Shown here piece by piece: positions 12,830-25,235 of a stretch of DNA of 64,000 nt. A program made the position numbers and the translations under genes. The notes beneath the pieces are model-generated. The model saw nothing but the letters and a program-made list of their open reading frames with translations, did no database searches and was not told the DNA's origin. The DNA is from Adineta vaga (lineage: Eukaryota; Animalia; Rotifera), in the NCBI GenBank assembly GCA_021613535.1, contig CP075497.1, positions 1,922,001-1,986,000 of the forward strand. Reading direction: 5' to 3'. Position 1 is the first letter of the stretch. Each line of letters opens with the position of its first letter.

Positions 12830-14673
12830 TCATCTCAATCGACCACTAAAACGATGAGGTTTGAATGGAAATTTTCGATCATGTTCTTTGATTGATTGAA
12901 TTATTAAATTTACAGCACGATTCACATCAGCACGTGGTCCAATCACTTTGACTGAACATGTATCAATCGATGAACCAGCGACTGTATGAATACGAACTGT
13001 TCGACATTGAGAACGAATTTGAGCAATACGAATACCATGTGGACCAAGTAAAGCACCGAATTCACCATGATTGATCCAAAATTGTCGTATGATTGAATCA
13101 TCATTTAATTTAACAACAGAAAACTCATGTTCTGTATCAGCTTCAACTGAACCATTCCAAGCATCGAATGCTGAATAACGACGAATACTTTCTTCTTCAT
13201 TATCAAATTTGTCATTATGTTCTTGATGAGGATTTGTTGAACGTAAAGTTATTTCTGAAGAAGCAAAACCACCATATTCATGAACAAGTGAAGCATCGTA
13301 ATTACTGAAAAGAAAAAAGATAATTTAAATATTTATACATTTATAATCATTGATAGATACATGTAGAAGTATAATGCAATACCGTATAGGTGATTCTCAC
13401 AAATAAATAACGAATTGAGAGAAGTATTAGTTCTTCCGTACTTTCATATAAACAATAGAAAATTTGTGTCTTAGATGATTCGAAAAAGTAATCTCTATTT
13501 TGTTTAGCATAAACATACTACAAAATTCTTGAGGGTTTTTCCCGTTTAACTAAAGAAATAACTTAGAAGTTTTGACGCTGTTCACATTCATCAAATGCTA
13601 CTCTTCGGTATTTGATAAAAAACTTAAACTTACATTTCATTATAAAATAAAAGATCATCATCATCATAAATATGTTGATTAATATTGAGAAGTATTTCTT
13701 GTAAACAAGCAATGATTGTCTCATAAGATGAACTTTGTATAAGTAAAACACGTTCTGTTGAAAGTGGTGCACATGTTGGATGAATAGTTAATGTATGTAA
13801 AGCATATTTTTCTCTTAACATCTTCGATCGATCACCTAATTTTCCAAGTATTAATGGTGCATATGATGTATGAAGAAGAATTCGTAATTCACATTGATTT
13901 AATGGTAAAGAATATAAAGTTGAAAGAATATTTTCGATCACGTCTAATTGACGAGAACCTAAACGAGATTTATATGAAGAAAAATTTCATCTCATTTTGT
14001 TTTGCCTTTTCTTACCAGTGATAGTTAACACTCGTTCCGGTGTTGTTTCATTAATTTTTGTCGTTGTAATTTGAACAAATTCTTGAAAAAGAGGTAAATG
14101 TTGAATTTTTTCAATTGCTTCCTTTTGAATTAAAATTCGACAAAGAAAATCTTTTTTTTCTTTTAATTCTTTTTCTTGATTTAATTCTTGATGATTATCA
14201 TCATCATCATTAATCGTCATTTCATCTAAATCATGTTCATATTCTTTTTTTAATTTTAATTTTCCATCAATTTTAACTTTTGTTGTATCCAATTCGTAAG
14301 TTAAACATTTTAAAATACAAATTTCATGTCCAATTGCTGATAATTTCTTTCCATCAAGATAATTTTCATTTTCACTATTTAAAATCTTCATCATTAATTG
14401 TTGAAATAATTTCAATTGTTCAGATGATTGTTTTAAATCAGCTAAACATAATTGATATAACGAATCGATTTGTTCAAACATTTTCGATGCCCAACAATCG
14501 AGTTGAATTTCTCGTTTATGATTATTTTCATATTCAATCGTTTGAACATCATTTAATGATTGATAATATGTTTGAGCTTGAGTTAAAAGTAAATTTAGAC
14601 GAAGTTCAATGGGTGTTAATGACGTTTTATCAGGAATTAAAACACGAGTTTGAAAACGATTGGCTGTTGCCAT
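12830..14673 (-). CDS. Coiled-coil + three KH-domain protein, divergent hnRNP K-like (paralog B); 3 exons
   Basis: ELRILLHTSYAPLILGKLG..TCAPLSTERVLLI..NYDASLVHEYGGF, then a last exon (12830-13304, absent from the ORF track) with FGALLGPHGIRIAQIRSQ..VKVIGPRADVNRAVNLI. Same architecture as 77..1515. Confidence 0.8.
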
Positions 14674-15200
14674 CGAAAATATCTAGACAAATCAAAGATT
14701 CGATAGAAATACAATTGATTTAAAATAAAGTGTTTATCGAAAATATCGATGTCTCTTTATTGACTAATTAACTATTTAAGAAAATTTCGTTTGTATACCA
14801 TCGAACGTTTCTTCTGGCCATGAAATAATGCAATTTATGGAGGTTTGAAAAAGAGGAAAAGAAGCAGAACAAAAAAAAGAGAAGAAACTAGGAGAGAAAG
14901 AAAAGGAATGACGAAGAATTCAAATGCTTTCATGAAGAAGAAAAAGAACGAACGAATTGGTTGGGGAGATGTTTTTTTTTGACATACAAACGGGTATAAC
15001 ATGTGACTTAGTCATCGCACTTATCAAAATAGACTATATCGATTGTTTAAAGAATTTTTTCAACAGATGCTTTTATTTAAGGAAAATATTTAATTTATAA
15101 GTTATGTCGAAATACAATCTTTTATCGTTAATAACATTTTCCTTTCCATACAGACGAGAATTCGTTGGAATATTTTGTGAGTAAAGAAACTGACTGTTAC

Positions 15201-16334
15201 TCATTGTAAAACTCCACTAAAATGAAATAATCCATGTTTATCCCCATCAGTTACATAGAGACTATCATCAATAAAAAGTATTCCAATTGGTTTTGCAAAT
15301 AATTCATGTCTTAATTCACCACGATATTCTCCATCAATTGTAAAAACAAAAATACTTTTCGATAAACTTGATGTAACAAATAATAAATCTCGTACACAAC
15401 GAATCGATCGTGGTCCATCAATGGTTAAACCTAATGTTACTTCAGGTATTGTATGCATTTGTTGATCCGTATGTTTATTGAATGTTAAAACACAATTTTT
15501 TGTTCCACTAGTAACATAGAAAAGATTAATACCTGAACATTGACATCAACAAGTAAATGCTTAGAATCGATAAGAAATTTATCAATTGATTGTATTTCCG
15601 TATGAAGACGAGCGACACATCGAACAAGATCAGCTTGACGTCGATCATGAAATTCTTGAATTTTTTGACATAAACGTTCATTTAATAATTTTAAATTCTT
15701 TTGCATTTCATCAAAACTAAATTGAGAACAAAAGAACATTCTCTTTCTTTTAAAAAAAACAAACAAAATCGTATCAATTCTTACCGTTTATTTACTTGTT
15801 GAAATGTTTCATCACATTGATCACGAAAATCATTTGTTGATTGATTCAATGTAAGTTTTAATTCTTCACTCATTCGTTCGATTTCCATTGTTTCACGTGT
15901 TATATCACCAATAACTTCTTGTCGATGAATTTCCAAACAAGATACACATGCTTGTCGCGAACAATGTGCACATGATGTTATCGATGGTTGAACATTACAA
16001 ATTGCACATTGTTTATTTTGAACAATATCAATCTTTCGAATATGTAACAATTGCATTAGAGCAACATTTTGAGATAATAAATCTACATTTACAATTGTAT
16101 GTTTTGCTAAACCTGAAATAAATGAAAAGTAAAAGAGATAAGATGAAATGAAGATGACAACAACGAACAATTTGGACAAGCCATGATTGTTGTATCAAGC
16201 ATTGTATTTCGTATACAGTCAATGCAAAATGTATGACCACATGGTAGAATTCGAGGATCTTTAAATGTTCGATTACAAACACTACAGGATGTGATTTGAC
16301 GAATATTTTCATAGGAACAAATCGCTGTTGTCAT
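15201..16334 (-). CDS. TRIM-type RING - B-box - coiled-coil protein with truncated, out-of-frame NHL segment (possibly pseudogenised)
   Basis: RING CSVC..LPCGHTFCIDC..CPNC; B-box CAIC..CAHC..CVSC..H; coiled coil; 2-3 NHL blades (LFYVTSG, LLFVTSS, KPIGI..LYVTD). The frame breaks near 15535-15545. Confidence 0.75.
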
Positions 16335-16641
16335 TCTTTCAATTAAATGAAGATAAACGAAAATGATGTAAAGTTAATTGGAAAACATTTCATTCAAACG
16401 CGCCAAAATTCTTTACTTTTATCAGGTAAAAATTCATAAGAAAACATATCTCTTTGTATATATTCTGTCAAAAACAGAGGCAACATCAATGAATCACCAT
16501 TTTATTTCGTCTTTCATATTAGATAAAAAAAAAAGAGAAAGAAAACTGAATAACAACAACAACTGGCAGTATTCTCTTTTGCTCGATTTCAAATAACTTG
16601 TTTTGACAAACTTTATTATCTACTTTTTCTATTTGTATTAA

Positions 16642-17058
16642 ATGTCACTTGATGATAATCTAACAACAACGTATAATAATGAAATCTTTACAACAGAAGA
16701 ATCAGTAGTCACAAATATTTCATGTGATCCAACATGTTATTCATTAGTGAAACCAACTTCTGATGATGTTGATTTAACAACCAAACTTATATATTCTCTT
16801 GTTATTATTTTACTTGCTTCGGTAATCGCAAGTAGTCTGGTCATTTTTCTTCGTTTTTATCGATATTCACAAAAGCAACAGAAGAAAGAAAAAGACTTTC
16901 TACAGGTTAGATACATTATCTTAATGAATTTATTTAGAAAAATTTTATTTTAGGATACGAAAATACATGCTCATCCATTTGAAGATATTGTTGTTATTGT
17001 TGATGAACCTAAATCAATCGAATTAACAGATATTAGACCAACAACAATTGCTAATTAA
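16642..17058 (+). CDS. Small single-pass membrane protein; 2 exons
   Basis: Thr-rich N-terminus, hydrophobic LIYSLVIILLASVIASSLVIFL followed by basic residues, intron cag|gttag...ttttag, in-frame second exon ending PTTIAN*. Confidence 0.65.
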
Positions 17059-17219
17059 CAGTTTTCATGTTTATATTTCATCATGTGTCTTTTTTTCAAT
17101 GAAACCTATTATCATAAAAAAATCTCATATGAAGTAGAATGTAAATTCTATTCAAATTTCTCTACATAACTGATTTATTTGATACAAAGATTATTCTTTA
17201 TGTAAAACAATGACCAAAG

Positions 17220-19152
17220 TTAAACTCGTTTGTTATATGATCGAGTGTATTTAATTTCGAGTGTTTGTTTTGGTTTAACATTGATTTCCCATGAAATTTC
17301 GTGGTTCGGATTTGCTGTTGTTTCGCTTGCTTTAACAATATCTTTTTTTGGTTCAATTGAATAATTGCCTGTTTTACCTACTGATGAAGTATTAATTGCA
17401 ACGATAATTTCTTCCGATTTATAATTCATAACTGTAATTTTTCCTTCAAGTTGATCGGTTTGATAGTTTTGACTAAGAAAAGTAAATCGTCGTGAACTTG
17501 TATTTACAACTTTTTCTTCAAATTGAATTCGAACATCGAGAGCTTTTGTTAAATTAACAAAAGCTGTTGAACCTTTGGATGTATATGTTAATGTATCTTG
17601 ACCGACGAATTGTTGTTCTTGTTGACCTTTTGTTATTACAACTGGTGCAGTTGTTAAAACAACATTTGTTGAATTATCAAATTTAACACTATGCCATACC
17701 TATAAAGAATTTGGTTATTGACGAAATTTGATAAAAATTAGTTTTTACCTCTTCATATTGTTTGATTTCACCATTTGCTGGATAATTTGAACGAGAAGTA
17801 TTCGAATCAATTTTACAATGATAAACATCTTTATAGGGAATTTCAATATCAAATATTGGTAAAATTAAACGTTCTTTTTTTTCTAATAAAACATTTTTAA
17901 ATTCATATAAATGAAGATCATCAACATTTGGATCTTCAGATGTTTCATCTGGACCTGAATCAATCGAGATTGGTGCTACTGAATATGCTTGTTGTGTCAT
18001 TATTGAATTTGACATACAGCTACCATTTTGACCACCACGTCCTCTTCTGTTAAATACAGAAACACTTTCACATTGTGTTAATTGTTGAAGAAATGTTGAA
18101 ACATCCGCTGTACTAAGAGCTGGATCACTAACCGAAGCAAATTTCGATGTATTAGGAAATCCTACAACACAAAATAAATTTTCCACAGTCATATTTTCAA
18201 TATCATTTAAAATAACAGCTTTCGATATAAAACGAAGTCGTTTTATTGATGGATCATTTGAATTTAAAAGAACTAAACTAAAATAAAAAATTTAAATTGA
18301 ATTTATTTATATTTATTATTAATATTACTTGTATGAAGGTGCCCATGTTAAACCAAATGTTAAATATTTCATTAATCCCATATCAACCGAAGCAGAGTCA
18401 TTTCGATAATCAATTGACAAACAATTTTTTTCAATTCCATGCTGATAGGTTGTTTGAAGTGTTGTACCACGAATTGATCGAATAGTTGATAATGCTAATG
18501 CTAATAAGCCATGATCTGTTGTTTCAAATAAAACTAAATCACCAAATCTGATCTGTTGAGAATGAGAAACCGGTACTGGTGGAATAGAAGACATCGGAAG
18601 TCCACCATTGAAAAAAGCTAAAATACATAAATGTAAATCTATAATTTCAGGTATTATTTCTTTCAACTTACCAGTTGACGATGCACTAATCATATTTTCA
18701 TCATCGGATGTTTGTTGAATGCGTTTAACAGATTTTATTTTTCCTTTAATCCATTCTTTACTTTGACATATATTATCCATAACAAGAATTTCAACATCTT
18801 GTCCAATATTTGCTTCAACTAAATCCTGAACCGAGCGACATTCTCTCTCAACATTTTGTTTGGTCTTTTTCGTACGAATCGAACCAATTGTTGCTATAGA
18901 GAAAAGAAAGAAACAACATGAATTAAATCTTTTCTACAAAATCAAATTTATACTTTTATTTGATGTTGATTGAATCCAAAATGTTCCATGTACAGCATTC
19001 GATGGTGGATCCAAAAGTTCAACAGATTGATTCTTTTTATCTGCATTCGAAGGAAATTCAAATGTTTTTACGATCATACCATAACCATTTTTGAATAGGT
19101 AAACATTTGATGCATGTGCTGGAGTTTTACTTTCTGTGGTAGTAGTTGCCAT
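17220..19152 (-). CDS. DUF4139/DUF4140-related protein of bacterial type (HGT candidate), at least 4 introns
   Basis: VYLFKNGYGMI, HGTFWI, LVEANIGQDV, MKYLTFGLTWAPSY, DLHLYEFKNVLLEKKER, VWHSVKFDNST..LTTAP, GQDTLTYTSKG, ISWEINVKPKQTLEIKYT follow the order I recall for bacterial DUF4139-like proteins. Confidence 0.72.
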
Positions 19153-19544
19153 TGAATATAATTTTGACGAAAAAATGTCGTTCGAGAATAAAAATACAGA
19201 CATTTATACTCGATATTTCTCTGCAATTGTGCAATATTCATTGCCAACGTGTCTCTAATGATTAATGATATATAAGAAAAAGAACTTGTTTTTCTTCTAC
19301 GTCGTTTGAGTTTTGTCTGAGGTAAAATAAGTAAAAAACGAACGAAATCGTGAGTTATCATGATGTTAATCATATAAAATGAACTAAAAGATATTGAATA
19401 GGTAAAATATGTTTTTCTCATCTCGACTCCAATGACATCTATTATTGAAATTGATTTGTTGTTGTTGTTTCTTTCACAGTTAATGTCGATGCCGACGTAC
19501 CTACCTACACAATTTATATCATTTAATACTTTTCTGAAACGAAG

Positions 19545-19908
19545 ATGTCTTCTTGTAAGTCATATTCTTCATACTAAACAATTCTAAATTCCATTCCTTT
19601 AAGATTCCTCTGAACCTTCAACTCAAATCGGTGCTGGAAATGATATGAATATGATTAGTAGTTATGGTGGTTCGAATGAAAATCAACAATCATCAACAAC
19701 ACAAGGATGTAATATTCGAGATTATCATTTTGAAAAGAAAAAGATTTGATTTCTTCTTTTCATTATTTCAGGTTCATTTTCGTCTAATACAATGCTAAGT
19801 GATCAAATAAATACAAATTCTGAAACGGGATTGTAAGTTTGATTATTTATCATTTCCATAACTGATTTTTTTCGTTTGCTTAGGAAATTAAATCAAGATA
19901 AAAACTGA
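19545..19908 (+). CDS. Four-exon 66-aa hydrophilic microprotein
   Basis: ATG at 19545 and three ~50-nt GT-AG introns in compatible phases (1,1,2) give MSSYSSEPSTQIGAGNDMNMISSYGGSNENQQSSTTQGCSFSSNTMLSDQINTNSETGLKLNQDKN*. Confidence 0.55.
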
Positions 19909-19994
19909 TTTTTATTTAGAAAATTTTGAATGAAATGAAAACTTATTTGATTAAATAAAAGAAATCTTTCTGTCATTTTTCTTTGTCTCTTCTT

Positions 19995-22001
19995 TCAATT
20001 AACATATTGAAAACGTTGAATAACTTTTGGTCTTGTACATTTCTTTTTTCCCATTAATTTTCTGATTTCTTCTTTTCGTAAATTTAATCGTTGTGATTTA
20101 ACTGGATCAATTCGAAAGATATATTTCAAAGCATCCATAAGCAAAATAAATCCAACCAAAATAGAAATCATCAAAATTGCAATATAACCAAAACCTTAAA
20201 TTAACAAAATTTTCATAAAAATTCTCATAAAAAATCAATTGGAAATTACTTTTCGTCACATAAGCTCGTATAATCGCACTTGTTTCTGTTGATTCACAAA
20301 GACGTCCATAAAAACCTGATAAACATTGACAAGTAAAATTTAAATGTTCTTCCAAACAAACACCCTTATTTTGACAAGTAATATTTGCACAAAAACTAAC
20401 GATCTTTGCACATCGTTCACCGGTATATCCTTTTGAACAATTACAACGGAATTCCACCGAAGATACATTATTACAACCTCCTATAAATAAAGATTTATTT
20501 TCATTAAAGAATGTTCTTCATCTTCTATCAAACCTCGATCAAAACATGTAAATTCTTTACATAATCGATGATCATTTTGACATTGAGTACCATTATAACC
20601 TTCAATACAAGCACAACTGTAACCAAGTTCATTTGTTGAATTTGAAAAACATTGACCAAAATTTAAACAAGGACTCGTTTGATTACAAATATCTTTACTA
20701 AATGTACAATCTGTACCGAAAAAACTTCCATTACAATTGTCAGTTGGCATAATCATTGATGGAAGTGCTAAAAAATTCAATCGTCTTCCTCGTAAACAGA
20801 AAATAAAATAAACAAACTGTCGTTTTTTGTTGAAGATTGAATAGTACTTGGAGATTGTGTAGTACCTGAAATTAATCTTAGTTAAATTAGACTTTTCTTT
20901 TAGAATAACGCATTGAATTACTTTCTGGACATTTTGATGAATTAAATCGATATAAAATAATAGCATTTGAATCACTAACAATGATATCTTTATTTTCGTC
21001 CATAATTGCATTATGAGCGTTTTTTAATAAAGAATTCTGACAACCAATCGCACAAATTGTGATATTATCTGTTAAATTGAATAAGTGAATAGTCGTGTTT
21101 GTTGTGATAACAAGAATATCAGATTGATATACACTAAGTGCTACAGGATTTGTAACATTTGCTGGTAAAGTTGTACCATTTTTTGTATTAAATTTGGACA
21201 TTTGAATTCGATTATTACCAACATCATTGACAAATCTGATGAGATGATAGAAATTTATTGATAATATGCACAAAAATAGACTTACAATGTTTGATTTTCA
21301 TTCGTAACTATTGATTGTGGATTATCCAATTGTTTAGTTGAATTACCTGGTGGTATATTGATACCATAATAGATTGAAACAGGTGGCGTACTGTTTTTAT
21401 AACAATATATTATACTTTCGCTAATAAAATAAACATTTTCATTACTACTATCGATACATAAACCTCCACGGGCAGACTTAAATGAGGTTCCACTCGAAGG
21501 CTTAAGATTGAAAATCTCCGTAGCATTATTTCCAAAATCTAATGAACTATTAAATCGAAATATTTTGTTCGTCGAACTATCAAGAACGTATAATGAACCA
21601 TTCGGACTGTAAGCAAGAGATGATGGTAGATAATTTGCCGCTGATATATTGGTAGAATTACTCGAATTTAATAAAATTGCAAATATTGTTGACGTATTTG
21701 ATCGATTAAAAATCATGATACGACCATTATTATCATCTAGAACTGCGATTTCACGTGTTTTTCTATTTATATCCATACCACTAATCTTCAAATTAAGTGA
21801 ATTATCATCATTTCCTTCCGATTTATTTTGTTGACCAAAGAGAATTTCTTCAGATGAATCCCATTTCGAACATTGAATATCTAGAGATATATTTGACATT
21901 CTCATCAATTTATTTCTCATTAAAATCTTACTGAAATCTCGTGACGAACCAATACCAACGATAAAGATAAAAAGAAAATGTAGTATTACCTTGTCAATCA
22001 T
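19995..22001 (-). CDS. Type I membrane protein: signal peptide, NHL-like beta-propeller, ~4 EGF repeats, TM helix, basic tail
   Basis: Signal MIDKVILHFLFIFIVGIGSS; NHL-like blades (PSSLAYSPNGSLYVLDS, LDNPQSI); EGF CLNFGQC..YSCACIEGYNGTQC and CQNKGVC..CQCLSGFYGRLC; TM FGYIAILMISILVGFILLM; tail ending QRFQYVN*. Confidence 0.82.
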
Positions 22002-22266
22002 TGTTAAATGAATGATTTGAATGAGAAAAACCTCTGTTTAAAAACATTAATTTATCCAAAAAAATAAGGAGTTACAAAATCATTTAAAGAAAAGTCAGAT
22101 TTCTTTGTCTGTCTGGAAAAGGGTAAATTGCAATTTGACAAAAAGTATTCAAAGACAAACTCTATCGACTAAAATTGTTATTTATTTAAATAATCAAACA
22201 TCGACGTCAATAGTTCGTTGTTTAATCGATGTAAAAATAAAGTTTCTATTGAAATAAAGAAAATCA

Positions 22267-23498
22267 TTAAAGCCAAATCGGTTCACCTTGTCGAGGGAAA
22301 ATGTAATTGTACTTAGAATTCCTTTCATTTTGTAATTGTTCGATGATTTTTTCACGACTTCCTTGTTCTGGTTTGATGTGTGTTATAACAATTGTAACAT
22401 TTTCCATTGAATGATATGATTGTAGAACATCTAATTCTTTTACAAGCCATTTTGGTGTTAAATGTCCAAATAATAAATGATCAGGACGTTCATTCGGATA
22501 TGAAACTTCAATAAAAATTGCTTTTAATTGATTAGCAACAACCAATGGACTCATAGCTTTCCATAATTGTTCAAGATATCTTGGTGAATAAGTTTGATTA
22601 TTAGCTTGAACGATTTTTTCAACATCATCCGGACCTGTATCACCCAAATAAAGAATTGACGATTCATTTACATCATGACGCGAGATAAGAAATGCTGAAC
22701 TTAGAAATGGACATGTATGACATAAACGAAAGATTCGTACATTCAAATTGGTATTTGGTATTGAGATTGAATTTATTGATAGAGGATCTAAGATTTGATA
22801 ATTATACATCTAATTAAAGCATAAAAAAATTCAAGAAAAAGATTATTTTAATGTTTAATTTACTTTTAAACCAGTTGGACCAAAATCTGCCCATGCTTGA
22901 TTATTAAAATAATCATCATGAATAATTTTCATTGTTTCATTTAATCCAAAAATTGTCTTTCCAGCTTTATCATTCGGAGAATTAAGAATAAATCCACTAA
23001 TATGATCAAGATGTCCATGTGAAATAAAATAACCTTTGATTTGTTCTTGAATAAATCGTTCAGCAGTAACATTCGTTGATGGAAAACATTTCTTTTGAAT
23101 TGCTATTCTAAATAAAACAAATGATTTGATAAATTTTTTTAATAAAATTTTTTCTATTTACTCAATTCCATGACGAAGTGTACCACCATCAAGTGATATA
23201 TAAATAGAATCTGGTGTATCATCATTCACTGTTGTAAGAATATAAGAAGAAAGATTACTTTCATCTAATCCACCACTTGTACCCAATGGTATAACATAAA
23301 AGGAATAGAATTTCGATTTGGTGGACTCCGTAGATGTTGATTTAGTATTAGTAACAACCAAAACGACTGTCAAAATTGTAAAGAATAGTATCATAATACT
23401 GAGAAAAAAAGAAATTGATTTCAATGAATATTTGTGAGATATACTACTTACCTAACAATGATACAAATACCAGTTGATTTTGTGAGATTAAATGCCAT
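22267..23498 (-). CDS. Class II cyclic-nucleotide phosphodiesterase (metallo-beta-lactamase fold; CpdP/PdsA/Pde1 type) with N-terminal signal/anchor; 4 exons; HGT candidate
   Basis: PLGTSGGLDESNLSSY, LDGGTL, YFISHGHLDHISG (class II HxHLDH signature, in exon 22864-23107), YLGDTGPD, AIFIEVSYPN..LFGHLTPKWL, THIKP. Confidence 0.9.
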
Positions 23499-25235
23499 TG
23501 AAGAGTATATCTATAAACGATAATCTTTATTAGAAACAATGACATTAACAAACGATAAATTTATATGATGAAAGGTTATACTACTTTTTTTTCTGAGAAA
23601 AGGACAGACGAAATTTATAATTAAATGGATAGACTCTCTCTTTACGTATCGAATAAAATGCTTTTAATATCGTACTATACAGAGAAGAAAGTGGTCTAGC
23701 ATGAAATTAGTTCGATATAAAAGAATACAAGATGACATTTATAAATACGTAAAAACGTCTAGAGATATTATCAAATCGAACAAATCAAATGTATGAATAT
23801 TGAATGCATTCAAATAAAAACAATTTAGTAAGGAGAAAGAAATCAAAATCCTGATAAGATACTGACAGTATTTCACGTGTTAGAAAAGATAATCATGGTG
23901 AAGGACAGAAAAGGAAAAAAATTCGATACAACAAGAGAAAAGTATTTCTATTCTCAAATGTAGATTATTTGTTAAAATAGAACTTTTTAATCTATAACAA
24001 ATGATATCATAAAGTAGATATGAACATTGATTATAAAAGATTAATATTTTCGATAAGAATTTCGAATACTTTAAATGTGAGTGAGAGTAACGAACTGTTA
24101 GAATCTATACTTCTATAAAATATAGTCAACAATGAAAACTTCACTTCTTCTGTTTTATGATGGTTTCATGTTGATTGATTTAGTAGCCATTATATTCATT
24201 GATATTTTGCGCTTGAATTTTGATAATATTCTATCATACTGTGCAGACAATTTCGAATAGTTAACGATGATTGATCCATCTTAATAAATAAGTTTAGTAA
24301 TTAACATTAATTCAACCTGATTCTCGTCTAGTTTGTCGTTGAATGAAACACAAGTTCATATGAAAATATTCGAAACATGCTATGACATCCAATATTTTAT
24401 GTTCCATCCATGGTTATTTGCCTGTTTCGTAGTAACAAAAATTAAAATATTAAGAGTGAATCTATACCATATGGTATTTAATTTTTAATTTGTTCACAGA
24501 AAGCATTCAAAAAAAACATTTTACTTGTTCGTTTGTTGACATGTTTGAAACGAAAAGACGAATAGGTACGTGTGTAGCAGGTCCAGCACAAGTAACATTC
24601 TGCCACTGCATGTGCCTGTAGTGCGTAAAATATGTACTGATGGTTTTCGCTGGGCATTTGACTGAAAACACGATAACTGTTTTGTCAAAACCATTCATCA
24701 ATGATCATAGGTGATGAATAACATTTTAATATAGAACAAAAGACATTTTATGTATAGTACTCTTGTCTTTATTTATCTTGTAGTTAGATTAGATCATTTT
24801 TATCATTTATAACATTATTTTCTTATTATCGATGAAAGTCTGAGTTCCATATTTTCAAAACAGTTGAAAGTAATTTATATATATACAGTATATCTATGCT
24901 TTATACATTCATTGATTATCATTGATGTCGTTCGAGCGAAAAATTTCATAAACGAAAAGTAGGACTGCGAAGGAGGGAGTATTGAAAACTTAATTTTTGA
25001 TTCGTAAAATCATCTTGAAGATTTGGCTGTAGGAGAATATACGAATTAGACATAATATTTACATTGGCATTTTTAAACCTTTAAATAAATTCCTATGTTC
25101 TTCTTTGCTTCGTTTTTCCTTGAACTAATAAGTTAAAAATTACTTTTTTGTATAATATGCTTGATTAGCTTTGTTTTAGATCCATTTTATTTATTATAAA
25201 AAAGAAAAGTCCATCAATGGATACATAGAAAATGA

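Noticed and set aside
23499-25235. 1.7-kb gene-free interval including ORF 24507..24701
   Set aside because: No splice-consistent model, motif or terminal repeats found by eye.
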